The notes under the pieces are model-generated. The model searched no databases, was not told the DNA's origin, and worked only from the letters and a program-made list of their open reading frames with translations. A DNA stretch of 63,641 nt, the filler included, from Octopus bimaculoides (taxonomy: Eukaryota): the NCBI RefSeq assembly GCF_001194135.2. It is 7 parts of 7 records of this genome, joined end to end, with 100 filler letters (N's around TTAATTAATTAA, not from the genome) between each part and the next. Parts side by side here need not be neighbours in the genome. Positions count along the whole stretch, not along the records: positions 17,113 to 37,925 come from NC_068996.1; positions 38,026 to 45,185 come from NC_069004.1; 5 more parts are not named here. One strand, 5' to 3'. Below, in pieces: positions 25,241 to 38,399 of this stretch. A program made the translations under genes and the position numbers. How positions within the stretch are numbered: position 1 is the stretch's first letter; every line of letters starts with the position of its first letter.

Positions 25241-26548
25241 GGCAACAATGACTGTCTCTCTTTTCATTTCTTTTATCTGTCATTAGGGATCCGAAAGAAA
25301 GCCCTTTTAAGGAATTTGAAGAAAGTAGTATTTGATAACTGTCATCATATAATTATCACAACTCTGTATATTGTATTTTTATACTCTTTATATATATAAG
25401 ATGTCCAGCAATGTGATAACATCCAAATCTCCTGTCATCTGTCACCGAGGAACCCATAGCAGAGTGAAATCACATGACCTGGTTGTGTTCTGGTGGATGT
25501 AGCGGATGATTATCCACCTGCCAGTGATATAATTACTTGTGTTTTTATGCACCATAGGTCCTTTATGAAAGATCCTCTCAAGGAGGCTGTGTTCTAACAC
25601 AACCTCCATGTTAAGTTGGAGACCTTACCTTCTATTTTCATATTTATATCTTTGATCCATACTTGTTTTAGTCATTTACTATGGCTATGTTGAGCCACCA
25701 CCTTGAATGGTTTGGTCATAGAAATCAATTGCAGTACATTTTTTAAAAAAATCTGGTACTTATTCAATACATACATTCATGTGTGTGTGTGTTTCATAAT
25801 TTTGCTATTGAAAAACAATCAGTTTACTCTTATTCAAAATTATTTAACTAGGAATAATTACAATTTAATGTCCATTGTAATGTAATTATTATTTTCATCA
25901 GTATAATTAACCACAATTGTCAGCAAACCAACTTTTGGCTGAGTACTTTGGTTGACTTGCTAGAAATATCAGCTAAATTGCTTTATAAATCTTTAAAAAA
26001 AAAGTGGATACATTGGATAATGTAGTTCTAGATACACAATGTTTTAAAATAAATGGGATGTTCATAAGTGGAACTGCCTTTTATCATATGTCTGCTCACT
26101 CAGAGTCACTTGATGTTTAATAACAACTACATTAATCTGAAAGAGTTTCTAATGTGATTGTTTGATCTTACAGAAATAGCAGCCAAATTTCTCTTATTTT
26201 ACCCCACTGTCTGAAAAAAAAAAAAAAACTGGATGGTTATTGCTGGAACAGTTTGTATCATAAGTCTGCTAAATCAGGGTTGAGATATGAGTTAAAACAA
26301 CTAATAGTTTATTCACCAACATCTTCATCATCATCATCATCATAGCACTAGTTTGCCCATGTTGGTGTGGGTTGGACAGGTCTGCACTCCAGTATATCAT
26401 TATTAAAACTATAATTTTGTGTACATGTATGTTTATACAAGATGATATCAAAAAAGGTTTCTGTCTAGAACCAAATATGTTTAGTTCTGATTTGTCAACA
26501 AGTTAATGAGCAGCAAAATCTCTTTCCAATCACATCCTACTATCTTAA

Positions 26549-26750
26549 AAAAGAGAAGATATGCTGGATTAAGGTAAAAAGGAGAAGACATGCTGGATTA
26601 AGGCAAAAAAGAGAAGACATGCTGGATTAAGGTAAAAAAGAGAAGACATGCTGGATTAAGGTAAAAAAGAGAAGACATGCTGGATTAAGGTAAAAAAGAG
26701 AAGACATGATGGATTAAGGTAAAAAAGAGAAGACATGCTGGATTAAGATA
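26549..26750. repeat. 29-bp minisatellite, ~7 copies (aaaaaagagaagacatgctggattaaggt), inside a family D element
   Basis: Period of 29 read directly; preceded by the family D block agcagcaaaatc...aaatcacatcctactatctt. Confidence 0.95.
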
Positions 26751-27374
26751 AAGGTAAAGTTTCCATCTCAAGTCATACCAGCTCATAAGGGCCAGTTTGC
26801 ATGGTATATACATATTCCCCCCCCCCCCCCCGAATGGGATGCCAGTCCATCATAGGATTGCTCCTTTTTACCAGCTGAGTGGACTGGAACAATGTGAGAT
26901 GAAGTGTTTTGTTCAAGGACAGATCGTGTTGCCCGGTCCAGGAACCAAAACCACAATCTTAGCATCATGGGTCCAACACCCTAACCACTAAGCCATGTGC
27001 CTCCATTATATTGGATTAGGCAGAACTGAAAAAAGATAGAATACAGCTGAATTACACTCTATAGTTCTGATCATTCTTAACTGACTTACAACCAAACAAT
27101 CATTTAACTACAAGGTTGATACACTTTTAGTTTGTTATTAAACACCAATGTCTTTATTTCTGATTTTATTAATTTTTTTTTTTTTTTAGAGCTTCATATT
27201 ATTCTTTACCTATATACATACCTTTATTTCAGAGTCATTTCTCTCAGAATGAATATTTGTCAACATTATATTTATACCTTGATTTTTTTTTGTTTTTAGT
27301 TTTTTCTTTAAATTTAGGCTTCAAATCAATACGGGATAAGCTTAAACAACAATAGTAATAGTAATAATTCTTTC

Positions 27375-27962
27375 TGTTATAGACACAAGGCTGGCAATTT
27401 TGGTGGGGGCTGGGGGAATGCTAGTTGATCACCTCGACCTCAGTACTTGACTGGTATTGATTTTATCAACCTTGAAAGATGAAAGGCATATTCAACTTTG
27501 ATAGAATCTGAACTCAGAATGTAAAGATAGACAAAATGTTGCCTAGCATTTTGTACGGCATGCAAATGATTCAGCCATCTCACTGCCTTAATAATAATAA
27601 TGATAATCCTTTCTTCTGGAAACACAAGGCCTCAAATGTGGGGGAAGGAATTAAGTTGATTACATTGACCCCAGTACATAACTGGTTCTAATTTTATCAA
27701 CCCCAAAAGGATGAAATGCAAAGTCGACCCTGACAACATTTGAACTCACAGGTTTCAAATTTTGGCACAAGGCCAGCAGTTTTGAAGGGAGTGGAAGTCA
27801 GCACATCAACCCCAGTGCTCAACCGGTTTTTCATTTTATCAACCTTGAAATGATGAAAGGTAAAGTCAACCTAAGCAGTATTTGAACTTACAATGTAGAG
27901 AACCAGAAGATATTCTACATAGCATTTTATCCAGTGTGCTAACAATTCTGCCAGCTCACCAC
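27375..27962 (-). mobile_element. Three tandem decayed SINE family B copies
   Basis: Repeated ttttatcaacc...gaaag...aaagtc(a/g)acc...tttgaactca motifs. Confidence 0.75.
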
Positions 27963-28293
27963 CTTTAACAACAACAATAATAATTATAACAACAATAATA
28001 ATAACAGATATAGTAATAAGAGAGAGATAACACTTGGAATATTCTTTGTCTTGTTACTGTCAAATATCTGTCCAAGTTAAAAGACTGATTCAAAACAGGT
28101 GTATGGAATTGTTATGTCTTGATAACTATCAGTAATTCACTGCGTTTCACAGAATTTTGGAATAACCACAAATAGAATGTCTGTCTACTCTTTCTTAGAC
28201 AGGAATTTCTAAACAATTTTGACCACATACTTATAGTGAGAGCTCTTCATTTCTCCACAACAAAGAATCCAGGATTATGTGTGTGTGTGTGCG

Positions 28294-28339
<46 letters not shown>

Positions 28340-28943
28340 TTTATGTATTAGTGTATGTGTTTGTGTGTGTATAGTATATATGTTCAGAAAAATGTATATA
28401 AATGGGAAAATTGAAATGATGATGTATATAAACACACATATGCTTGCGTATTTGTGTGTGTGTTTCTAAGAGTAATTAATATATTGTGTCCAATTTTTCT
28501 TCTTGTACCATTCCTTCTTCACAGATTCAACACAGCCATAAATTTTTATACCTACTTGTAAAATTGTGTTGAGTCCTTTTGTGAGTTGCATTTTATTAAA
28601 ATGAATTAAGATGTATTCTGTTGAGTCCACCAGTGTCTTAATGTTCATTATTGTTGTTGTCATCTCGGCATCCACTTTTCAATGCTCTTATGGATGAATC
28701 CAATTTTATTAAGACAAACTTTTTCTTTTCTATAGTTGAATGCTCTTCCTGTTGCCAATCATCACCTTGTTTCCAAGCAAGGTAATATTCATTCGAGTCA
28801 TTCTAACAACAAACAACTCAATGGCTAGGCATGCTTTCACAGAGGACCATTGGCATTTGTGTATAGTTAGCATACTCATCAGGACAAGGGAAAGCATATA
28901 TACACTCACACACAGACATACATTTATGTGCATGTATATATAT

Positions 28944-28980
<37 letters not shown>

Positions 28981-29808
28981 NNNNNNNNNNATGCGTGTAT
29001 ATATATATATATGTATGTGTTTATGTGTGTATGTGTGTGTGTGTATATATTTATGTGTGTATATATGTATATTATATGTTTGTATATATATGTATACACA
29101 CATACATTTCCCTACATAGAAACATATATGTATGTGTGTATTTACATATATGTTTGCATTTATACGCACATACATACACTCACATGTCTGTATGTGTGCA
29201 TATATATATAGAGAGAGAGACACACACACACACACACAAACAGACAGATATATATACACATATACATACTCAGAAGATAATTGTTATACATGTAAAGATT
29301 CAGGGCATTTGAAACTTGTGTCCTGTTCACATATCAAATGTCTTCTTTTGAATCTTTTGGCTTGATTTTTCATGTATCATGTCCAGGTTATTTTTTTTTT
29401 AATTCCTTTCTTCAAGAAGATAGATGCCTAAATACAATGAGCAAGTACCTTTTTAGATTCCACTTAGCACTGGAATTTTCTTTCTTTCCATTTGTCTTCT
29501 TGTGTCAGCCTCCTCAAAAATTTTTTCAGAACTGCTCCTTATTTTTTGGTTTGGGGTTTTATTTGCAGTTTTTTTAATTTTTTTTTATTCTTCATTCATT
29601 AATGTACTTGTCTTTTAGTGAGAATTTGTTTTTGTCTCTCAGCATCACAGAGATGTCAAAATAAAAATTACAAGCAAGCCACAGCTATTACTACTACTAT
29701 TACTACTGGATGGGGTAAAGTACATTGTTGTAGAGGAAGAAAGTAAATAATAAAGAAATACCTAACAAAAATCAAATGAATAAATAAAGACAATGTGGAA
29801 TGACATAC

Positions 29809-29862
29809 CGATCTTTGATAAATAATCATTAGAAAAATGTGTCAATGTAACCGGAAGTGTCT
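29809..29862 (-). CDS. Candidate 54-nt internal exon (TLPVTLTHFSNDYLSKI)
   Basis: Strong acceptor cttccttttcttttttcacaag|, donor CG|GTATGT; open only in phase 1-1. Confidence 0.4.
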
Positions 29863-30191
29863 CTTGTGAAAAAAGAAAAGGAAGCATTATTATTTAAGGA
29901 ATTGATATCGGTAAAGTTATGTGTCATACCAACTAATTAAACTGAAAGAGAATTTTACTTTAGAAAATAGATTTATTGTATTTGAAAACTTCTACAAAAC
30001 TAATCAAGAGACCACTTATCTTTGTCAAGTCACCTCATGATTGCCAAGTCTACAACCAGTGGGGGTTACCACAATATAGGATCACAGAGAGAGAGAAAAA
30101 AACTTTTGTGTAATCACTGTATGTCGAACTACAGTGGGTGACCCCCATGTGGTTATTGTATTCTTCAGTTGTAAGGATTTATCATAGGTAC

Positions 30192-30279
30192 CAAGGCCAG
30201 TTGAGGATCTGTATGGATCTTTAGGTCCTGATAACCCTATTTTATTATTATAGCTGGGTTCCCTAGTATTCAGATTATT
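30192..30279 (-). CDS. Candidate 88-nt exon (NNLNTREPSYNNKIGLSGPKDPYRSSTGL)
   Basis: Acceptor catttcatttgacag|, weak donor G|GTACCT; phase 0 to 1, compatible with 29862. Confidence 0.25.
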
Positions 30280-30504
30280 CTGTCAAATGAAATGCTTCAT
30301 ATTGTTTTGAATTAATCTTGCATTATTTCATAGCTTCGAGATTTCATTGATGTGGTTATTTATTTTGAAAATGACATTGTAGTGTTGGTATGAGAAGCCT
30401 GGGTTAGGTTGGTTTGAACATAACGTGTAGAATATTTTGGCCAGACCTGGCTGGTTTAAATGCTAAAGGGTTAATAGAGAATAAATCAAATAGTGTACTG
30501 ATTA

Positions 30505-30646
30505 AGGAGGTGAGAAATGGGTTTAACCACATTTTTCTGTGTTCAGTCCCACTGTATGACACTTTGCGCAAATGCCTTTTATTATAGCCCCAAGCTGATC
30601 AAAACTTTGTGTGTGGATTTGGAAGACAGAAATCGAAAGAAGCCTA

Positions 30647-30678
<32 letters not shown>

Positions 30679-30870
30679 CCCCCACCACTGCTTGACAACT
30701 GGTATCGTTGAGTTTATATCATCATAACCTAGTGGTTCAGCAAAGAGACTAATAGAATGAGTACCAGGTTTTTAAAAAAAACTGAGTTCAATCCATCTGA
30801 CTAGAAATTCTTTAAGGCAGTGACTCAACATGGCTGCATTTTAATGATTGAAACAAGTAAAAGATAAAAG
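30505..30870 (+). mobile_element. SINE family A, CpG-decayed; another copy at 32425-32795
   Basis: Family A body and tail. Confidence 0.75.
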
Positions 30871-32326
30871 ATATATATCTTCACTTAATTTTAATACCCT
30901 ATTCAATGACTTTAAGTATGAAACTATGTGTGCATGTGTACATACACGCACACTCGTGCACACACATGTACATATGATACAGTTATCATTCTGTTATATA
31001 TTTTTACATTATAGCATATATTTTTTCCATGCTTTTCATTATATGAATTCATGTCTCAAGTGGAATCAAGGTATTGGACAAAATGACACCTAAAATGGAA
31101 TTGTCACCCTGATCTGCTAACTATATGACACACTGTCATTTCTCCTTAAAATTTTATCTGTCATACACAGTTCTCTACACCGTATACCCATTACATTCAA
31201 ATGAACATATGTGTTTATGTGTGCATGTATGTATATTTATTAATGCAAATAAGAATTCAGTGTTGGTTGAAGAAAACCAGAAGAATCAAGAGTAATTAGT
31301 AGTGCAATCACTCAGAGGCATCTTGCCCGAAGCTTTATTGAGAGGCAGCACCCACAAGTGAAAAATCATCTAACACTTGCATTGTTTTAAATTGGAAGAG
31401 ACATTTGCATCACACTTCACCTCCCACCACCAATATTTAATAAATACACACAGAACTGTTGGGTTACGTTGATGATGATGGTGATGTTGCTGTTTGTAGT
31501 GGTCATGATGGAACACCTTTCTATATAACAATGTTTAGGTTGGGAGAAACAGTGCTTGATTCTTCTTGTTCAGATGATGCTTTTCTTATACAATAGTTTT
31601 CTGCTTCATATAATTATTTTTATCCATGATTTAGCTTAGGGGGGGGNNNNNNNNNNNNNNNNNNNNNNNNNNNNNNNNNNNNNNNNNNNNNNNNNNNNNN
31701 NNNNNNNNNNNNNNNNNNNNNNNNNNNNNNNNNNNNNNNNNNNNNNNNNNNNNGGGGGGGGGGGGGAATGCAGTGTCCATGGCCTTTACAGCTACTCCAA
31801 GATTGGTCAAATTGGTGATTGCTGTAACTTATGTTCCCGTTTGGATCTGTATCTATATAAGTCAAAATTTTAGCAAGAAAATCATTCATAATTGGTAGCA
31901 GAGAAGTGTTGTTTAGTGAAGAGAGGTTTATTTTAGAAGATGTTGCATTTGCATCTTTCATTTCAACATTGTAGTTCTTTATAATAAATGCAAAAGTATT
32001 TTAAATATTAGGGAGAAAAATTTTTTTTATTAAATTTGCTACCAAACTCAGATGAAGTGAGCTGCTTTCGTTTATCTTGGACAGGAGGAAATATACAGTT
32101 ATAGATAAGATATATAAAACTTCATATCATGTGTATAAAGGTATATATATATATATATATAGTGAGAGAGAGACAAATACACTCACACACACACAAATAT
32201 GTATGTTTGTATACAATTTCATTTCATTTCCCCAAAAGAGTTGCATCTAATTTTTGAAAGAAAATGTGGAGTTAATTTATATTTACAATTTCTAGTTAGG
32301 GTTGACCTGGGGTCACACACACACAC

Positions 32327-32396
<70 letters not shown>

Positions 32397-32867
32397 TGTT
32401 TTTAGGAGTTACAAAAGCTAAATATTTGTTTGTGTGTGGTTGTGTGGTAAAAAGTTTGCTTCTCAGCCACAAGGTTTAAGGTTCAGTCCCACTGTGTAGC
32501 ACCTTGGGCAAATGACCAAAGGTATGTGAGTGAATTTGGTAGATGGAAACTGAAAGAAGCCCATCATTTATGTGTGTGTGTGTGTGTTTGTCCCCCACTG
32601 CTGCTTGACAACTGGTGTTAATGTGTTTACATCTGCATAACTTAGAGTTTCAGCAAAAGAAACCAATAGAATAATTACCGGGCTTCAATAAGAAAGAAAA
32701 AGTACTGGAGTCAATTCATTCAATTAGATTTCTTTAAGGTGGTACCCTAGCATGACCACAACCTAATGAGTGAAACAAGTGAAAAATAAAAGAATAGTTT
32801 TTGATTTAGGCACAAGTTCAGCAGTTTTAAGGGGAGGGGTTTAGTGAACACCATTAAGCCTGGCGTT

Positions 32868-33171
32868 GTGAGTGTTTATTGAGCGAAAACACTTAAAGCT
32901 CCACGAGGCTCCGGCAGGGGATGGTGGCAAACCCTGCTGTACTCTTTCACCACAACTTTCTCTCACTCTTTCTTCCTGTTTCTGTTGTGCCTGTAATTCA
33001 AAGGGTCAGCCTTGTCACACTGTGTCACGCTGAATATCCCTGAGAACTACGTTAAGAGTACACGTGTCTGTGGAGTGCTCAGCCACTTGCACGTTAATTT
33101 CATGAGCAGGGTGTTCCGTTGATTGGATCAACTGGAACCCTCGACGTCGTAAGCGACGGAGTGCCAACAAC
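32868..33171 (+). mobile_element. SINE family C, head-truncated
   Basis: Near-identical to the reverse complement of 15561-15870, with several CpG transitions. Confidence 0.85.
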
Positions 33172-33174
33172 AAT

Positions 33175-34333
33175 GTTTACAGTATTTCTTTTTTCTTCAC
33201 TTGTCCCAATCCTCGTACCTTCAATAATCCAACGCAACAATGAATACAGCTCATGTGGTATATATTTGTCCCCATCAGGGAACCACTAAAGTTTCAAGAG
33301 TCATTTTTGGCTTTATGAATTCCATGTCTTATCCTCCTTGCTTCAAAACGCTTTTGCATGTCTTTCTCATGACTGGCTACATCCAATTTGACAGCTGTAG
33401 AAGAGGAGTGCTTTTTAAGAATTAATACTGATTTGTTTTAAGCAACAGGTCTTGTAAACTTGATGTTTTTGCAGTGTTCCAAAACCCTTTCCTTTAGTTG
33501 TGTATGATTTATTTCTACATTATCTATATCATGGTCATTCATGCATTCTTTGTAGAACTTCTCTACCTCTACTATAGACATAATTTTGCCACCATCTGCA
33601 AAGAATTCAATTTCTCCTGCAATTTTTCTTTTGTATTGGTAAGACAACTTCCACTGGTGAAGAGCAGTACTTTGCCTACTGTCTTGTCATACATAATTTA
33701 TGGTACATTATATCTTTTGATAGGGGGGGGGGTCTTTCTCAGCTATGATTTCTGCATGATTTACTTTCCAACTGTCATTATCACTTTTCTGTACAATTTC
33801 ATATATTTGATTCCCAATATTCTCAGTGCTGCATGTAACTTTCCTGATTCTTTCCCTTGGAAAAAGAAGCATTTAGATCTTTGGAAGGATTTTGATTTTG
33901 ATCTTGTGAAAAAGCTAGATGAGGTTGATGGTTCTTGAACATTGGAGGGTGAAATGGATGAGCGACCACGCTTGCGTTTAAGGGGTGATATTGTCTCCTT
34001 TACTATTGCTGCATCATATCTAGCCTTTGCTCTCTTCAGGTGGTCTGAGTTGGTTGCATTGGTAAAACAGTTTCTATGCCAGAATGCTTATTGTTTTATC
34101 AAATAATCTACAGTAATGTCCTTGCCAAGTCTTTCTTTCAGAGTAACAAATTCTGGATCTTTCATGCCAGCCAAAGTATTCATTTGCCTGACAAATTTTT
34201 GAAATGTTTCTACAATTGGGTTTCTTACGGTGGGTCCAGTCTTGTTGATTACGCAGAAGATGCACAGATTGTAGTCAACCAGAGGATGTTCAAGATGGAT
34301 TCTTTTAGCAGGAGGTTCATCAACAGATTCCAT
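33175..34333 (-). pseudogene. Fossil transposase-like ORF of an unclassified DNA transposon
   Basis: Stop/frameshift-broken frame: LCIFC...FWHRNCFTNATNSDHLKRAKARY...KRKRGR...KCFF...DIMYHKLCMT...HTQLKERVLE...IPHELYSLLRWIIEG; resembles uncharacterised marine-invertebrate transposon proteins (recognition only). Confidence 0.65.
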
Positions 34334-34961
34334 GTCTTAATTCAAGAGCATGCAAAGAGAGAGAAGAAAAAATCACAATTACTGAGAGAAAACATTTGCT
34401 CCCCCACCCCACTACCCATATGAATCCTCCCCAAAGATTTTATAGTATGTGGTATAAACAGCACTCAAAATTAATTCTGTATATTCATGAACAGTAGTTA
34501 TATAAGTATATTATCAGAATATTTGGTAAGGTGGCCATATTTGGTAGCCATTATAAAAAAGATGGCTCTCATGCACAAATTATAACTTTTTCATATTTAT
34601 AAATGTCATATTTGAAATCATTGGCTTTAAAAACAATACGTTGCATAATTTTAACCGATTTTCTTTCTAAATTTGAAGGAATATAATGCAGGGTTCATGA
34701 CTTTGGCTACCATTTTTAAAGATGGCCAGCAATTATCTAAGATGGCAGACGAAAAAAAATGGAAACATCAATCTTCTCTTCATTCCTTGACCTTCATTTT
34801 ATTGAAAAAATCATGTTTCCAAAAATCTTTATGAAATTTTCATAGAATGACACAATGCTGCAGCCCCACCCCATATGCATTTTGTCCAACATGCTTATGA
34901 TTCTGGGTGTAGGAATTAACTGTAACTTCAGCAGTTCTAATTAAGAGATAAGTGCAAAAAT

Positions 34962-35033
<72 letters not shown>

Positions 35034-35465
35034 CTCTCTTTCTCTACCTGTCTTCAAAATAGATGACACAATCAACAAATATCACAAATGTTTTGAACTC
35101 ATACAATACTGATATATATATATATATATTCATGACCTCCCACCCCCCACCCTCTGTCCTAGAAATAAGATACCTGTTGGTTTGTGTTCCACCCATCCGG
35201 TCAGCTTTAAGGCATTGTTTATTTATCTATTTCCCCATTATCCAATCATGACCATTCCATCTAGTTTTTCAGTGTGTATATAGCTACATTGTCCACTGTA
35301 CTCCACTCCTTTTTTACTAAGGTGATAGGATTTTGTAATTTAAGAGAGATTTGGCTGCTATTTCTCTCATTAGCTCACTGGTAGTTGGGTATAGCTGATT
35401 GTACACCAACACTAACTTTATGCCTTTAACTTTGTTTACATAAACATATATGCACAAATACATAC

Positions 35466-35507
<42 letters not shown>

Positions 35508-35753
35508 GCACACACACACATACGCACACACATTATTGTGTGTGACAATATAAGAGCTAAGGACAGTGCCTCTATGTAATCAATCAACAGCCAAATTTTC
35601 CCTCATTACACCCCACTGTTTTTGGTGTATAAAAGACAGATTGGATGAAGTTGTCAGACATATTCCTATAAAGGTAGGACAGTCTCATGATTGGAAATGT
35701 TTGATCAAAGATCTACTTGATCAGGGTTGATTTGGGGTTAAACAAGTGCTAAT

Positions 35754-35794
<41 letters not shown>

Positions 35795-35923
35795 GAAAAG
35801 AAGAAGGAGAGATGTATTTATATTCTTTCAGTCCTTGGTGAACTTCTCACTCAATTTCTCTCTATATATATGTGTGTGCACATGTATATATGTATATAAT
35901 ATACATACATTTGTACACACACA

Positions 35924-36019
<96 letters not shown>

Positions 36020-37606
36020 NNNNNNNNNNNNNNNNNNNNNNNNNNNNNNNNNNNNNNNNNNNNNNNNNNNNNNNNNNNNNNNNNNNNNNNNNNNNNNNNN
36101 NNNNNNNNNNNNNNNNNNNNNNNNNNNNNNNNNNNNNNNNNNNNNNNNNNNNNNNNNNNNNNNNNNNNNNNNNNNNNNNNNNNNNNNNNNNNNNNNNNNN
36201 NNNNNNNNNNNNNNNNNNNNNNNNNNNNNNNNNNNNNNNNNNNNNNNNNNNNNNNNNNNNNNNNNNNNNNNNNNNNNNNNNNNNNNNNNNNNNNNNNNNN
36301 NNNNNNNNNNNNNNNNNNNNNNNNNNNNNNNNNNNNNNNNNNNNNNNNNNNNNNNNNNNNNNNNNNNNNNNNNNNNNNNNNNNNNNNNNNNNNNNNNNNN
36401 NNNNNNNNNNNNNNNNNNNNNNNNNNNNNNNNNNNNNNNNNNNNNNNNNNNNNNNNNNNNNNNNNNNNNNNNNNNNNNNNNNNNNNNNNNNNNNNNNNNN
36501 NNNNNNNNNNNNNNNNNNNNNNNNNNNNNNNNNNNNNNNNNNNNNNNNNNNNNNNNNNNNNNNNNNNNNNNNNNNNNNNNNNNNNNNNNNNNNNNNNNNN
36601 NNNNNNNNNNNNNNNNNNNNNNNNNNNNNNNNNNNNNNNNNNNNNNNNNNNNNNNNNNNNNNNNNNNNNNNNNNNNNNNNNNNNNNNNNNNNNNNNNNNN
36701 NNNNNNNNNNNNNNNNNNNNNNNNNNNNNNNNNNNNNNNNNNNNNNNNNNNNNNNNNNNNNNNNNNNNNNNNNNNNNNNNNNNNNNNNNNNNNNNNNNNN
36801 NNNNNNNNNNNNNNNNNNNNNNNNNNNNNNNNNNNNNNNNNNNNNNNNNNNNNNNNNNNNNNNNNNNNNNNNNNNNNNNNNNNNNNNNNNNNNNNNNNNN
36901 NNNNNNNNNNNNNNNNNNNNNNNNNNNNNNNNNNNNNNNNNNNNNNNNNNNNNNNNNNNNNNNNNNNNNNNNNNNNNNNCTACTTTACTTATCTTTTAGT
37001 GGTTATTATTTCTGTTGTTGTTGTTAACTTCAGCACTTTAATAACCACAACCACCACCACCACCACCACTTCTTGTTTTTGCTTTTTATCCCCCAATAAC
37101 TAAACATCTCTTCTGGACAGCCCTTTCCTCTGAATATGTCTCTCTCTCTCTCTTTCTCCCTTCTGTTATAGTTTGTAACTTTCTTTCACACACAAATATA
37201 AATATATGCACACATAACTGTGCATGCACACACATACACACACACACACACACACACAACAATGACAACAGAGGAAACAGTCAACTGCTGTGTCCTATAT
37301 GTATGCAGTGTGTGTATGTGTGTATATAACCAATATATAGACACTACAGAGATTCTCCCTTGTGGGACACTAAAGCATCCCTTCTGCCCTGTATCAGCTC
37401 CCCTACACAGTTAACCTTCAATATTATTTGCAGAGTTCTCATTATCCATATTCCATATACTCAACACACACAAACACACACACACTAATTCACTCACTCA
37501 CTCATTCACAAACGCAGACACTCTCTCTCTCTCTCTCTCTCTCTCATGTAATTCTGTAATTCATACATCATCGTCATCATTACAAATATATATAAGATAT
37601 ACTCTT

Positions 37607-37925
37607 TACTCTTTTACTCTTTTACTTGTTTCAGTCATTTGACTGTGGCCATGCTGGAGCACCACCTTTAGTAGAACAAATCGACCCCAGGACTTATTCT
37701 TTGGAAGCCTAGTACTTATTCTATCAGTCTCTTTTGCTGAACCGCTAAGTTACGGGGACATAAGCGATGTTGGGGGGGGGGACAAACACAGGCACACAAA
37801 CATATACACACACACACACACATATATATATATACATATATACGACGGGCTTCTTTCAGTTTCCGTCTACCAAATCCACTCACAAGGCTTTGGTCGGCCC
37901 GAGGCTATAGTAGAAGACACTTGCA
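37607..37925 (-). mobile_element. SINE family A running into a join
   Basis: Tail tactcttttacttgtttcagtcatttgact through to gaagacacttgc. Confidence 0.85.
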
Positions 37926-38399
37926 NNNNNNNNNNNNNNNNNNNNNNNNNNNNNNNNNNNNNNNNNNNNTTAATTAATTAANNNNNNNNNNNNNNNNNNN
38001 NNNNNNNNNNNNNNNNNNNNNNNNNAAATTCCGCCGTGGTCGACTTTCTTTATCATCCCTTTCGGTACCAAAATTTGAAACAAATAATTAAGAATTGCAA
38101 GAGCTTAAGGACCTACGGGGCTATAATATATGCTAACCATTCTTTTTATATGTGGTTTTTTGTTAACTGGCTATCAGCAGGCGGTTGTATAATTTTCCTC
38201 GCGCACACACACCGGTTTCGTTAACATCACATTGAAGTTTGTTTCGTTGGCTTTTCATCCTCAAAGGACCGTTTACTAACTGAAGTAGTCACACCGTGAC
38301 CATCACGGTCTGGTTTAGACCATCGTGTATCTATTTCGGAGTTGTACTGGACTTCTTTGGAATTTGATCTGGGATCTAATTTTAGGTGTTATCAAATGG

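Noticed and set aside
26549-26750. CRISPR-like array (29-bp repeats)
   Set aside because: Repeats are contiguous with no unique spacers; eukaryotic minisatellite
28525-28580. Strong plus-strand acceptor and GTGAGT donor
   Set aside because: Stops in all three frames; unsupported as coding
28736-28781. Plus-strand exon with good AG/GT sites (ECSSCCQSSPCFQA)
   Set aside because: Resembles a dispersed repeat motif (gctcttcctgttgccaat...ccttgtttccaagcaaggtaatatt); no phase link to other exons
29655-29705. Transmembrane-like VVIVVVIAVACL on the minus strand
   Set aside because: Hydrophobicity comes from a (TAG/TAA)n microsatellite; needs frameshifts to continue
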